DNA of 64,000 nucleotides from Cetorhinus maximus. Lineage: Eukaryota. The notes beneath the pieces are model-generated. The model had not been told where the DNA came from. It made no database searches and was given only the letters and a program-made list of their open reading frames with translations. The position numbers and the translations under genes were made by a program. Below are positions 22,870 to 36,024 of the stretch, piece by piece. Where the stretch lies: contig NC_135879.1 in NCBI RefSeq assembly GCF_964194155.1, positions 212,660,001 through 212,724,000 on the forward strand, given 5' to 3'. Each line of letters opens with the position of its first letter. Position 1 is the first letter of the stretch.

Positions 22870-24822
22870 GGCCTAGATTTTCACCACAACAGAGTGTGTC
22901 TCCTATGAGGCTGGAAACGTAAGTACCGTTCCTGAACATGGCTCTTCCCATATTTGCGGGGGCGGGAATGGAAGTGGTTTGTATTTCACGGAGTGCACAG
23001 TTCACGGACGCAGCTGGCCATTTAAATCACCAACTGCCTCCACTCAAGTCAGATATTGGTAGCCCAGGCGTGTGAAACCCAAACTGCGCAGAGTAGATCT
23101 GGTGAGAGCAGGTCTGAACTTTGTGCATTTCTTTGGATAGCCTCTAGAAAGGAAAGGCTTCCCTTTGGGTCTGGTCCCAGGACACTTTGGGGGAGGACAT
23201 GTGCCCTTTGGGGATATCAGGATATCAGGTGCCCTTTGGAATTGTTAAAATTAGGCATGAAAGTGCGTAAAAAGTGCATAAGCTCATTAATTGTCAGGCT
23301 CATTAGAACTGTCAACAGACCTGTCAAAATGAACTGTCAAAAGTGTCAAGAGGAACTGTCAAAAACACCCGTCAAAGAGAGCTGTCAGGCTGTCCAGGCA
23401 GTTATAAGTCCTGCCCTTTAAATCTTCAAAAAAAATCTGCAGTGTTAAAAGAATTATTGCTTGCTATTACACTCATAGACTCATAGACGTTTACAGCACA
23501 GAAAGAAGCCATTTGGCCCATCGTGTCCATGCCAGTCAACAAAGATCTGACTACACTAATCCCATTTTCCAGCACTTGGCCCACAGCCCTGGAGGCTATG
23601 GCAACATAAGTGACTATCTAAATACTTCTTAAATATTATGAGAGTTTCTGGCTCAACCACCCTTTAAGGCAGTGAGCTCCAGGCTCCCACCACCCACTGG
23701 GTGAAAAAATTTCTGTTCAACTTCCCTCTTAGCCTTCTACCTCTTACCTTAAATCTATGCCCCCTGGTTATTGACCCCCTCTACTAATGGAAAAAGTGCC
23801 TTCCTATCCATCCTATCAATGCCCCCCATAATCTTATACACCTCTATCAGGTCCTCTCTCAACCTTCACTGCTCCAAGAAAAACAACCCCAGCCTATCCA
23901 ATCTTTCCTCATAGCTCAGACCCTCCAGGCACTCTGTCTGTTGACATAGGCCTGGGGGCTTCCATTACAGGATTACTGCTGCATGACTGATTTCACAACC
24001 ATCCATTAGCACAGTAGGCGCCTGCCAGTTCATAGTTTGATTGACAACTACAAGTGGTTTTAGACTCTTTGAAGTGTGACTATGAATTCCAATGCTTGTT
24101 GTTATAAGGAATTATGGACTTAAATGAAATGTTCATTGTTATAAGGTTTTATGTAGTTTAAAGAATTTAAATGTAGTAAACTTTTTTTTATGAATGAGAG
24201 TGTTTTTTTCAATATAGTGAGGTCTGCAATAGATACTTAGAACTTTATTTTATTTAATCTCTGTGTGGGTCCTGAGGTCTGCCCATGGTGGGTACTGGGT
24301 GAGTTAGCATGGTACGTGTAACTGCAAAGGGTGGTTGGTGGCGGTATGAGTTGGTGCTAAGTTGGCATAATGGCTATAAAGGGCTATGGAGATGGGTAAA
24401 GAGGCACATGTTTGCTTGGAGGGTATGAGATACCATGGGAAGTGGGTACAGGGGCATAGGTTGGCATGGAGGGTATGAGTGGTTATGGGGTGGGTACAGG
24501 GCATGAGGTGACATGGGTTGGCATGGAGAGTGTATGGGTGGGGGGGTTAATGAGTGAGGGCTGGAGGGCTGTTTCTTTTTTAAAATTTGGACACAACACC
24601 AGAGCCCAGAGGCAGGCCTTCTGCCCAGCCCACCTCCACACCCAGCATCCTCCTCAGTTCTTATGGGGTTGCCTGCCACGACTTCTAATATATCACCCCA
24701 GCCCAACCCCACACCCCGGACCGAAAATCTGACTTTCAGGCAGCCATTTTTAAAAGTCGGGTTAGCGGAGACGGCAATTTTCCCAACTCTGAGCACCTGA
24801 CCTGAGGATGAAAATCCAGGCC
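22870..24822. mobile_element. Non-autonomous Harbinger-type element with a nested CR1
   Basis: TIRs ggcctagattttca / tgaaaatccaggcc (13/14 match); flanks gga/aga; repeated internal ctgtcaa motifs. Confidence 0.6.
23476..23930 (-). mobile_element. CR1 3' fragment
   Basis: (actcatag)2 tail and CR1 ORF2 C-terminus on the reverse strand (LSYEERLDRLGLFSLEQ). Confidence 0.8.
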
Positions 24823-25081
24823 AGAGTAGTGGTATATATCATAACCAAGGATTGGAGATATTGGAGATCAACTTCATGCTGTCTGCTCATCGATTGCTGT
24901 GCCCCACTAGTGTTAATCACTCTGCTGATTGGTTGCATACGCCAGCAGGGGGCCCACATTCGTAACTTGAAAGTACCAGTTAAAGCTGGTCTGCGTACCT
25001 CTTAAAGGGGAGGTGCCCTGTAGTTGGGACAAATGCTGGCAGCCAGGTAGAAAGTGAATGTGACCTAGGAAAGAGTGAAGA

Positions 25082-26860
25082 ATGGCACAACAGAGGAGAG
25101 AGTGAGCCCTGAGGTTTCCTGATGCTGCACAGGAGGTCTTGTTGGAGGAGATGTAAAGTAAGAGAGGACCAGGAGCCCCTCCAGCTAAATTCTCAAAAGG
25201 CAGTCGGTGCAGACAGCCATGGAGGGAAATGCAAGGAGTCAAACTCCAAGGATCAGGATACAGTGCTTCAGAAAGGTCAAGGACCTCACAGGAGTGGCCA
25301 AGACCAGTGAATGCATCTTCACCAACTGCACCAGTAACCTCAGCCACGGTTCAGATCACTACACCCTATAACTCACCTACTAACAATATCTATCAATCAG
25401 GACTCATGCTTAACATTGATAGCTTCATCTCACCCTCAAACACATAGAACTGCTGCAAGCCTCACACCCACATCCCAAAGTCTGCACACACTGCCAGCTA
25501 TTCAACTATAGCCACTCACTCAAACACTCATTGACATACTTGCTTCTATCTTGCAGGAACAGACAAACCTATATGTCCTAATCCCTATGGAGGGTGCGTT
25601 GCAGGCCATTATTGGAATGTCCATTGCTGAGGCTGTGGTCCGTGGTGGGGGTGAAACCATCGAAGATGATGGTACCCTCATACCCAATTCTCCTTCTCAC
25701 ATCCCACTTCCTCATCATCCCACACTCTCTTCTGACTTACCAATACCAGATGGTGAAAGCATGCACCACTTAACTTGCCCCCATCCTTGCATCATAAACT
25801 TAACCTTGTGCTTTTTCCCTTTCAAATACCCAAGAGGTGCAACCTGGCCAAGCAGCGGAGGAACACCAAGAAGAGAGTGATGGTAAAGACACAGCACTAT
25901 CATTTCATTTCACACTGGCAGCCACAAGCTCAGAGGCCGACACTCTGCATATGTAAAGGCTGAATTTGCATATGCTGGGCGAAATCTTGTGGAGCCAACG
26001 GGGGGTCTCAGCCACCAGCTGGAGAGCCAGTAAGAGTCCCACATCACCTCTTTTCAGGAAGGGTCACCACATTTCGGACCATTTTAGGCACTTGACAGGC
26101 CAGCCGTTGGCCTACCCTAGGATCAAGGACCCCGAGGGTGGAAGTCCCGCTTGTTGATAGCTGCCAGCCAATCAGAGGCCGCAGATCTATTGAATAGCAA
26201 CGCCACTGGGGAGGGAGTGACTGCTGCCATTATGGCACCCACCCAAGGCCAAGAATCAGCGCTGGACCCCAGGCCAGAGGTGAGTGATGGTGGGAAGGGA
26301 TATTGGGAGGGAAAGGAGGATTTGCAGCAAGAGCCAGCGTGTAGCTCTCAGCAGGTTTCCCTCTTCCCCATGCGTGGTTCATCAATCAGGCACTTTGCCT
26401 TTGAATGAAGGACCACCCCCTTGGGAGCCCGCAAGCAACCCTGACAGGCTTTGCTTATCGTGTGCCCCACATGGTGAGCCTCCTCAGCCACCATTGGGTT
26501 AATACCAGTGGTGGCAGGATGAGGCCCTTAAGTGAGCATTAATTGCCCACTTAGGGATCAATTGATGGTGGGATGGGAAAGCTGTCCATGGGCCTTCCCG
26601 CCACAGACTTAATGGGGGTGGAGGCAGGAAGGTGGCAGGGACCCCTCCCACCACCCTCCCACCTGATTAAATGCCCTCTGCCACCAAACTCGCCACAGGG
26701 GAGGGCACAGGATTCCACCTAATGAGACAACAGGTATGAGTAGGCTGCAGCCAGGGCAGGAGGTTAGGATGCACAGGTGCCTGCTTGCTAGTGGTCAAGG
26801 CCACACACGGGATCTACTGCAGACAACTCAGGTGAGCACAATAACATAGAAACCTATGGA
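25082..26860 (+). pseudogene. Strongly decayed Harbinger Myb/SANT-like gene remnant
   Basis: MAQQRRE*ALRFPDAAQEVLLEE...NARSQTPRIRIQC..DLT resembles exon 1 of the two other Myb genes; exon-2-like block after ttgcag at about 25556; interrupted by a MITE. Confidence 0.55.
25977..26719. mobile_element. Harbinger-type MITE
   Basis: Degenerate termini gggcgaaatctt / aggattccacc; GC-rich body related to 33209-34009 (gaggcccttaa, ccagccaatca, gaagtcccgc motifs). Confidence 0.5.
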
Positions 26861-27236
26861 AGAAAATTGATGGGTGTGCTCAACAATGTACTCTACATTC
26901 TGTGCTGTTGCTGTCCTCAGTGCTTTTCCAGTTGGTGTTCAACATGGAGCCCTGATGTATCAGCTGAGGTTTTCTTGCCCATGTTTGACCTGGACATCCA
27001 TAAGCCATCAGCAGCAGCAGAATTGTAATCCACCACAATCTGTAAACTCATGGCCTGTCATATGCCTCACTCTGCCATTACCCATCAAGCTGGGAGACCA
27101 ATCTTGGTTCAATGAAGAGTGCAGGAGAGCATGCCTGGAGCAGCACTGGGCATACCTAAAAATGCAGTGCCAACCTAGTGAAGCTACAACCTAGGACTGC
27201 AGGTTTGCCAAACAACAGCAGCAGCATGCCATAGTC

Positions 27237-28016
27237 TAGGGGTTCTCAACTATTTTTGCCCTTGAGGCCCCCACTCTGTGTATTAATAATTACATCAAAC
27301 ACAAGTATTTCTTCTGTATCAGAGTTAGTTATACAATTAAACACATATTTATTTGCAAATACTTTGTTACTGGAGAAAGCATTTTTAAAAAAATGCATAC
27401 ATGTTAATTGAGCACTTCCTGTATACTGTATAAATGTGGTACTGGGCACAATTTTAATTCCTGGCGGTGTAACAGATAGTAACTTAATGGCAATTTAACC
27501 ACTCTTGTAAATTCACTCATGGAATTAGGAAATTGTAATCTTATACAATATCTGCATTAATGATTTATTTTAATACAGTTCAGTTGTGCCTCAATTGTAT
27601 CAAGGTCTGTCTTGACCAATAGTTTTCCTTTTCAAATGGTAGGTGAATACACTGACTCCATACATCCCTCCCTTCAGGATCTCACCCCAGTGCCTGCATC
27701 CAAACACCCACCCTCAGACTCACACATGGCCAGGTTTGATTTTTGTCCTCTCCCTTTACACATTTTAACCAAAATGTGTGCAAGCACATGAGACCCCAGT
27801 CTAATTCACTCTCATTGGACGATGTCTCTTGATTGACAAGAGAGCTCAGCCTCCACTTATCTCAACTCCAAATTTGACTGGTCTATTATGATGACATTCT
27901 TCTTTATTTTTGGGCGGGCCTCTTGAATCCTTTTCATAGACTGCCTCCCCCACCCAGCAACTGCTTGGAGCAGTGGATCCCCAGTTGGAGCAGTGGATAC
28001 CGGTTGAGAAATTTTG
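27237..28016. mobile_element. Non-autonomous hAT (Charlie-like) element
   Basis: Left end taggggttctcaac, right end gttgagaaattttg; degenerate 8-bp flanks ccatagtc / ctgtaaac; the LINE resumes immediately after. Confidence 0.5.
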
Positions 28017-29696
28017 CTGTAAACAGAGCCATCGCCCAACCAATGGATCAGATCTAAGCTCTGCAGTCAGGAATAGTGGTGAACAATGAAACAACTCACA
28101 GGAGGAAAGGGGTTCCTTGAACATCCCCATCCTCAACTGTGGCAGAGCCCACCATGTTTGCAAAATACAAATGTGAAGCATTTGCCACAATCTTCATCCA
28201 GGAGTGCCGAGTGAATGATCTGTCTCTGCTAACTCTTGAGGACCCCAGCATCACAGAAGACAGTCTTCAGCTGATTTGAATCACTCCACATCTGAATCTT
28301 GAAATGACTGAGTGCACTAGATACAGGAAAGGCCATGGAATTCAACATCTCAGCAATCACGCACTGGAATTAGCTGCCAAACTGCTCTAGCCAAGCTGCT
28401 CCAGTATAGCTACAACATTGGCATCTATCCAAAGTGGAATATTGCTCAGGTATGCCCAGGTAGCATGCTACATCTAATCCAGCCAATCACCATCCCATCA
28501 GACTACTGTCAATCATTAGCAAAGTAAAGGAAGGCATCATCACCATTGCTATTAAGTGGCAATTACACACCAATACCCTGCTCACCGATACTCAGTTTTG
28601 GTTCTGCCAGGGCCACTCAGCTCCAGACCTCATGTACAGCCTTGGTCCAAATATACACAAAAGAATTGAATTCCAGAGGTGAGGTGGCAACACGGCAGCA
28701 TTTGATGGTGTGTGGCATCAAGGATCCCTAGTAAAATTGAAGTCAGTGGGAATCTGAGGGGAATATTTTTCTGCTGGTTGGAGTCCTATCTAGCACAAAG
28801 GAAGATGATTGTGGTTGTCGGAGGTCAATTGTCTCAGCCCCAGGACATCACTGCAGGAGTTCCTTAGGCTATTGTCCGAGGTCCAACCATCTTCAGCTGC
28901 TTCACCAATGACCTTCCCTCCATCCTAAGGTCAGAAGTAGGAATGATAACAGAAGATTGCACAGTGTTTAGTTCCAGTCACAACTCCTCAATGAAGCAGT
29001 CTGTACCCGCATGCAGTAAGACCTGGACAACATCGATGCTTGCATTGGTATGTGGCAAGTATCATTTGTGCCATATATGTGGTAGGTAATGACCATTCCC
29101 AGTAAGAGAGAATCTAACCATCTCTCCTTGACATCCAACTGCATTACCATCACTGAATCCCATCACTATCAACATCCTGGGAGTTACCACTAATCAAAAC
29201 CTCAACTGAACCAGTCATGTAAATACTGTGGTTACAAGAGCAGGTTAGAGAATGGGAATTCTGTGGTGACTGACTCCCCAAAGCCCATTCACTATCCACA
29301 ATACACAAGTCAGAAGTGTGATGGAATACCCTCCACTTGCCTGCATGAATGCATCTACAACAGCACTCAAGAAGCTTGACACCATCTGAGACAAAGCAAC
29401 CTGCTTGATTGGCATCCCACCACCTTCAAAAAGAAACCCAGCACCTGCGTTCAATGGTAAAAGAGCGTAGGATATCCAAGATACACTGCAGTAGCTCACC
29501 AAACTACCACTGACAGCACCTTCCAAACCCCTGACCTCTATCACCTAGAAGGACATGAGCAGCAGGTGCATAGGAACAGCACAAGTTGCCCTCCAAATCA
29601 CACACCATCCTATCTTAGAACTATATTGCCATTCCTTCATTGTTGCAGGATGAAAATCCTGGAATTCCCTCTCTAACAGCCCTGCAGATGTACCTA

Positions 29697-30369
29697 GGGC
29701 AGAATTTTCGGGTCGGCAGGCCCGGAAAAGCCAGGGAACAGACCGCTTACCGCGATCAGCCCCTGACCGCAATTTCATGCTGGTTGGCCAATTAACAGCC
29801 ATCCAGTGTGAAAGGTGCACTGAAAGGCTCAGCGCTGCTGGGCTGGGTGTGGGAAGAGGGTGAGGGTTGAAATCAGCACAGGCACAGGGGAGAACGGAAG
29901 GCAAGGTCCCTGAAGGCAGAGAGCTGCCTCAGGGAGCTGACAAATTTAAAATCAATAAAGACAGAATTTAAAATCCGGGAAAAGCATCCACACATCAGAA
30001 TGAGTCACCTGTGCGTGGACGGTATAAAAATTCTGTGCATGGCTTTTTAAAAAAAATTTAATTACAGAAACCTCATCCCACACTTGGATGAGGTTTCCTG
30101 AAAAACGCAAAGGCCGCTTGGTTGATTCGCCCGCCCGCCAACCGTAAGGTTGGACAGGCAGCGAAAAATCCCTGTTAATTGATACTTTGGTGGCCTTAAT
30201 GGGCCTCTTAATTGTCGATGGGTGCATTGCTGACTCTCGCGTGCACCCGCTGACCGAAATATCGCTCGAGTGCGCGATGACATCAAGCGAGCTCCCGACA
30301 TCATCACGCGCTACTTCACGTTCGAGCGTGTTGGGCGCACGCCCGCATGCTGAGCAGAAAATTCAGCCC
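29697..30369 (+). mobile_element. Harbinger-derived MITE inserted in a LINE 3' end
   Basis: TIRs gggcagaatttt / aaaattcagccc (11/12 match); CTA TSD at 29694-29696 and 30370-30372. Confidence 0.85.
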
Positions 30370-31399
30370 CTAAACTAGGTGGACTGGAGCAGTTCAAGAA
30401 GTTGGCTCATCACCTCCTCCTCAAGGGGAAATAAGGATGGGCAAAAAACGCTGGTCCTTTTAGCAATAGCCACATTCCATGAAAGAAGAAAGAAAGAGGA
30501 AACAAAAAAAAAAGAGAAATAAAGCAAGTTTAAATGTTTTAAACAGGTGCAGCTTTCCTGATGGTTGAATGCGTGAATCTACTATCCACGTGGAACTGAG
30601 CTACACAAACTCGCAAGGTTTCACATTCATTCTTTGGCTTGTACTAAGATAGCCGATCTCGGCAATTGATCTCTGTGTTTCTGGGCTAGGGAATGAAAAA
30701 TAAGCAAGGATTCACATTCTCCCGATCATTAACCAGTCACTCTTACTGGAAAATGTGTGTCTTTGTGTGATTGGATCAGGCGCTGCTGTGATTTTCCCAA
30801 AAGCCGTCAACACATCATCAAGGTTCACACATCAAGAATGGCCAGTTAAGTGAGTGCAGTATCTATGCAGCTGCTTCCCAGCAAGAGTCATTGGCCAGGA
30901 AAGGGGCTTTTCCACTCTGCTTCTGGCAAAGTTATGGCACTGAAGGGGAGAAATTCCAAGGAAATTCCAGGCCAGTATCTTCTGGTTGTTATGATGCAAG
31001 ATTTTCTGAGCCTACATATGTTTTTTCAAGTAGCTACTCACCCTTCAATCTTTGATTCTCCCAGCACCTCTGCCCGCAATTGCCAAAGGAATATATTAGG
31101 AAAAACTACTTGTTCCAATGGCCCAATTCAGTAGGTCTGTTAGCTTAATTCATTCCAGACTCTACAGAAATAACTAGACAGGTCAAAATATTAACAATAA
31201 AAGAGTGGTGCTGGCTAATTAGTTTCTATAGCAGTGCAAGGCATATTCGTTTTTGCTTTTACACTATTACAATGACAAAAGAAAATAAGTATCTGTGGCG
31301 AGAGTGTATAGTGTTAGAATTACGAAAACTTACAAGTTCACCCTGAAACAATAAGAACAGAAGAATTTGTGACAATTGGAAAAGAATATTAGACACAAA

Positions 31400-32491
31400 G
31401 GGCCGGATTTTCACTACCAAGGTGGGTAACTCTCGATTCGGCAGATCCACCTTGGCATAAAGTGCCCCATCAGACCCAATTTTCCCTTTGGATGGTCGGG
31501 TGCAGGGAGGAGTTAGGCCTGCCATCCCTGGAAGCAGACCGGAAGTGGCCACAGGGGCAGCCAAGTGCCAAGACTTTGTCTCAGTTGTTATATTGTTGTT
31601 ATAATGCTTACATTTTAGGATCCCTAGCCATCATTGCTCACACCCCCACCCACTTCCCATGCCACCTCCATGCCAATTCATGCCCCCTCCCATTTCAAAT
31701 GGCTCCTCATACACTCAATGCCAACTCATGCCCCTACCCATTCTCAATGTCCTCTCATGCCCTCCGTGGCAAGTCATACAACCCCACCCACCTCCAATGA
31801 CCCCTCATATCCTTCATGCCAACTCATGGCACTTCTATGCCTATTTACTCAGTATGCACTCTGTACAGAACCAATGAACCCTATAGCAACAGTGGCATGC
31901 ATGAGGCTACTTAAAAGCAGTCATTCATAATTATCTTTAAAAAACTACTGTTGCTACAGTCCTCTGAAAGTTTCAACCAACCAGACCTTTAAAGTATCAA
32001 TAACAGAAGCTACACGCACTTGATATCTCTTTATCTTGTGCAAATAAACATTGAGCCATTGACAAAACACATCACTGAAAAAATAGCTTATTACATCATC
32101 ATAAAGCTGCCAATCAGACAGTTTCCGATTCTTGCCTGAGATCATCCTTTTATGGGAGTCTGGGCTCTCAGCCAAGTCTCATTATCCATGGTTGGCTGAG
32201 AGCCCAGACTCCATAAAAAGCTTTATTATGTTGGCATAAATGGAGAGAAGGGAAAACGTTGCTTGACTGACAGGTCCTTTTTCTGTGATCTCTTTTGTCA
32301 ACAGCTCAGAAGCTAGCCCAACCCCACAAAAATTGTAGGGGGCTAGGTGAAGCCTATCCCTGCAATGGAGCTGGCCAGGTCAGGATTTCAGGGTGCGAGC
32401 TCACTGTTTACATCCTTATCCTGTGTCACTGAATGTTGGGGGCGATGGCAATCCCAGAATCGTGTCCCACCTGCCATTTTAAAATCTCCCC
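31400..32491. mobile_element. Non-autonomous Harbinger-type element
   Basis: Termini gggccggattttc / aaaatctcccc; catgcc-rich internal repeats like the reverse complement of 24300-24550; no clear TSD. Confidence 0.5.
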
Positions 32492-32669
32492 TACCTCCGT
32501 TATGACAGTCAGAGGCATGAAAATACAGGGCAAAAAATCTATTAACTTCCTCACAAAATTCTCTCTCTCTCTCTCTCTCTCCAGAAACATAACCACTTGT
32601 TTATACAGTCTGCTTCAGTGCCTTTCTCCATTAACTTACTCTACAATTTTAATTATCCTTCAGGTGCCA

Positions 32670-33030
32670 ACCTTGACTCAGACACTGTCAACCTCAGAGT
32701 CAGAAGGCTGTGGATTCAAGGTGCACTGCACACCACATAACCCAGGCTGACTCTTCAATGAAATACTAAGTGCATAATCGGAGATGCGGTGTTTTGAGAT
32801 GTTAAATCGAGGTCCACTCTGCCCTCTCCGCTCGATGTAAAATATCCCTATTCAAAGAAGAGTGGTGGAGTTCTCCCCGGTGTTCTGGCTAATATAATAG
32901 GACGTTCCTGTGTGTAAACTAGCTGCCGTGCTTCCCAAAATTATAATGATGACTGCACCTCGAAAGTACTTAATTAGGTGTAAAGTCCTTGGAATAACCT
33001 GGGGCTGTGAAGCACAGCCTAGCTTTGTGT
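32670..33030 (+). mobile_element. Deu-domain SINE
   Basis: tRNA-like head (gagtcagaaggctgtggattcaag) and Deu core gagatgttaaatcgaggtcc...gagttctccccggtgttctggctaat; same tail as 2600-3083. Confidence 0.6.
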
Positions 33031-33208
33031 AAAATAAGTTTTTTTCACTCATAGCTTTCTAATTTTTTATTTGTTGACTGGAAAGTCAGGAGAAAAATGA
33101 TACCTTATTTAAGACAAAGGAAAGGACTTGCATTTTTATGGACATAAAGTAATTTTACTTCTAATACCTCCAATTGTTATGAATTTCAATAACATCCATA
33201 ATACATAC

Positions 33209-34009
33209 GGGCCAGAATTTTACGCTCCCCCCGCCGGCGGGTTTTAGGTGGGGTGGAGTGTGAAATTGAAGGAACGGGATTCCCTCCAGGTTCCCGCCCA
33301 CCCCGACCCCCGCAGCGATCTTATGCTGGGGTGGGCAAGGTCTCGGATAGGAAGCATGCCCTTGCCCCAATTGAGGCCCTTAAATGGTCACTTAAGGGCC
33401 ACAAAAGATCAGGAAAAATAAGGAAATTATTGGCCACTTAAAGGCTTTTTCCCATCCAGCCTCAATTTTTAGGCTGGCAGAAAGATTGGCCTTGAGTGTT
33501 GGAAGCCCGAAAATTAACGGACTTAGATCTCGGGTGGGAAGGGAGGGGCACCTCCGTCAGGAGACCCTTTCTGAAGTCGGGTCCCCCCCTCCTCCAACTT
33601 AAGCTCTGGTGTCCTCAGGATCTCCCTCCCCACCCGGCCTCTCCCCCGACACCCCGATCACCCTTTTCGTGCTGCCCCAGGCCTTCCCTACCCTCTCCGC
33701 CCTGGTACCCTTTAAACTTACCTGGGCCTCCGGTGCCCAGGCTTTCAGGCGTCCTCATGCAATTCCTCTTCTTTCCACTGCAGCTTCTGACGCTGCAGGG
33801 GCTGGAGAGTTGCCAGCCAATCATATTGGCCAACAGCTCTCTAAGGCGGGACTTCCTCCTGAGTGAGGGGCGGAAGTCCCGCCTGCAGCCACTTAACACT
33901 CACCTGAGCATGAAATGGCTGCAGAACACCTGGAGTTCGCAGGAATGTGTTCCCTGCCAACTCTCCGAATGGCGGGAAGCGAGACCATACCATCCGAAAA
34001 ATTCAGGCC
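33209..34009. mobile_element. Harbinger-type MITE (~800 bp)
   Basis: TIRs ggccagaatttt / aaaattcaggcc (11/12 match); GC-rich body. Confidence 0.65.
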
Positions 34010-34931
34010 ATAGAATAATTGAATAATCCAACTGAAAGCCTATTTCAGAACTCTCCATTTTTTAACTTTGGGCTACTTTGGGAACCATCATCCATCCGTT
34101 TGAAATACGCCAACTAAGCAAATGCTCAGGATGCTGCTGTGCACATATGTGGAACTTTTTTTTTTTCATCATAGTCAGTCTATTTCAGTTGCCACGTGTT
34201 GGCTTGTGCATGTCTCGTTTACTTTGTAGCACTATTGGCTTCAAAACAAGACAGAAGATCAAGCTTTCAGGAAAAAGAATAAAATTCAAGGATCTTGGAA
34301 TTAAGGGATGACTGTGATCCTTGCTCCTCTATAGTGAATATGTGAACTTATGTCTGGATTCTCTCAATACATTAGTAAAAGGAAAATTGCTAAATGTAAG
34401 GTGGGACCCACTGAGAGGAGAGGATTGTCAATACGGTACAGGTATTTAATAAATACTTCATGTCAGCTCTTACTAAAGAGAAGGGTATTAGCGAAAAGGC
34501 AGTTCCCAAACTGGTTAAGAGGACGATGGATGATATTATGATAGATAAAAGCTAAACTTTAGTTTGACTAAATAAAGGCAAAACTTCAGCGTCCAACAAG
34601 ATACACCCTCATCTCCCTCAGGATGCTGAGTCCCTACAAATTATATTTCAGGACTCTGTGGAATGTGGATGACTGCCAGAGGACTGGAGTGGCTAATCCA
34701 TTATAAAAAGAAGGAGCAGAGCTTATCCAGGTAATTACAGGCCAGTAAGTTTAACATCTGTAATAGGGAAATTTATGGTCTTTAATTAAAGATGAAATGA
34801 TCACACATAAAAGGAAAACAGAAGTAGCCGGCACAGGTTTCAAATGGGACGATCATGCTTGACAAACATAGAATTCTTCAAGGAGATAGCACACATACCA
34901 TAGTGTGTGAAATGCCGTGGATGTAGTGTAC

Positions 34932-35822
34932 ATCTTTCGGCTTCTCCCATTTTATTTGGTGCCGCCACAATGCTGGTTGAACACCCTTCGCCATTTCCTC
35001 CTGTCAGTTAAACTTTCTTCTTCCAATCCCACTGTGTTTAAGTCTCCAGCCATCGCATCTTTCCATCTGATCTTCCATCCTGGCAGTCCCATCTCCATCA
35101 CTTGCTTCACCACATTTCCTCTCTGTCTCTGCAGTAGATGACCATACCATTTCAAACTCTTCTCAGCTACTTTATTTGATGCTCTCAAAATCTTCACTGA
35201 CCCCTGATGTGCTAGTTCCTGATCTTGTCCTTTCTTGTTACTCCACACATCCACCTCATCCGTATCTCATTAGTATCCAGTCGTTGTTCCTCTCCTTTTG
35301 ATGTTGCCCAAGTTTCTGCACTAGATTACAAGGCTGTTCTCACTACTGTTTTGTACATTCTTCCTTTCAGTTTCAGTGATACCTTTCTGTCACATAACAT
35401 TTGACTGCAGTTCTTCCAATTACTCCACCCAAAGCTAATCCCTTGCTTATTTTCCACTTTCAAGCTTCCAATCTCTGCCACCACTGACCCCAGGTACTTG
35501 AAACTACGTACTTCCTCCAAGTCTTCACCCATAATCTTTACACCTTCACTCTGATCCTTTTCCCTAGGCTCAAACTGACAATCTATGAATTGAGTCTTTG
35601 GTCTACTGATCTTCATATCCCTGTCATCTAGTGCTTTTCTCTAGTTCTCCAGATACTCGGTCATGTTCTGATCATCCCCACCACATAGCTCAATGTTATC
35701 AGCAAACATCATTGTGCGTGGCACTTCCATCCCACTTTCTTAGTTAGAACAGAGATGAAAAGATGACTAAGGTAAAGTTATCAATTCTAAATGTCAGTAA
35801 CCTGACAGGGAGAAGCAGTGGA
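34932..35822 (-). mobile_element. RTE-clade (Rex3/Expander-like) LINE fragment with an inverted 5' piece
   Basis: MMFADN, FKYLGSVV..LCDRKVSLKLKGRMYKTVVRTAL, LKWYGH; 3' end tgtggcggcacc..gggagaagccgaaaga; 15-bp flanking duplication gtggatgtagtgtac / gtagatgtaatgtac. Confidence 0.8.
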
Positions 35823-36024
35823 GTAGATGTAATGTACCTGGACTTTGGAAAATCCTTTGACAAAGTACCAGACTGGAGATCACTAAAGAGGGTAAAAGGG
35901 TTTGGGAATATGGAATTAGGAGGAGAATAGCAAACAGAATCACAACAATTAAAATTAGAAGTAGGAAACAGGGAATAAGAATCAAGGACAGATTTTTAGA
36001 AGTGAGTAGTGTTATAAAATCCAT

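Larger units (their letters stand above)
26990..30500 (+). mobile_element. Older copy of the CR1-clade LINE, interrupted by hAT-like and Harbinger MITEs
   Basis: IKLGDQSWFNEECRRAC, QFWFCQGHSAPDL, GVP*AIVRGPTIFSCFTNDLP, QVRSVMEY; 3' tail near 30430-30500 followed by an A-rich run. Confidence 0.8.

Noticed and set aside
22819-22918. Plus-strand exon-like segment (caacag|...|gtaagt)
   Set aside because: Straddles the left TIR of the 22870 element and gives no recognisable peptide
33496-34026. 176-aa Pro-rich ORF
   Set aside because: Lies within a GC-rich MITE; compositional artefact
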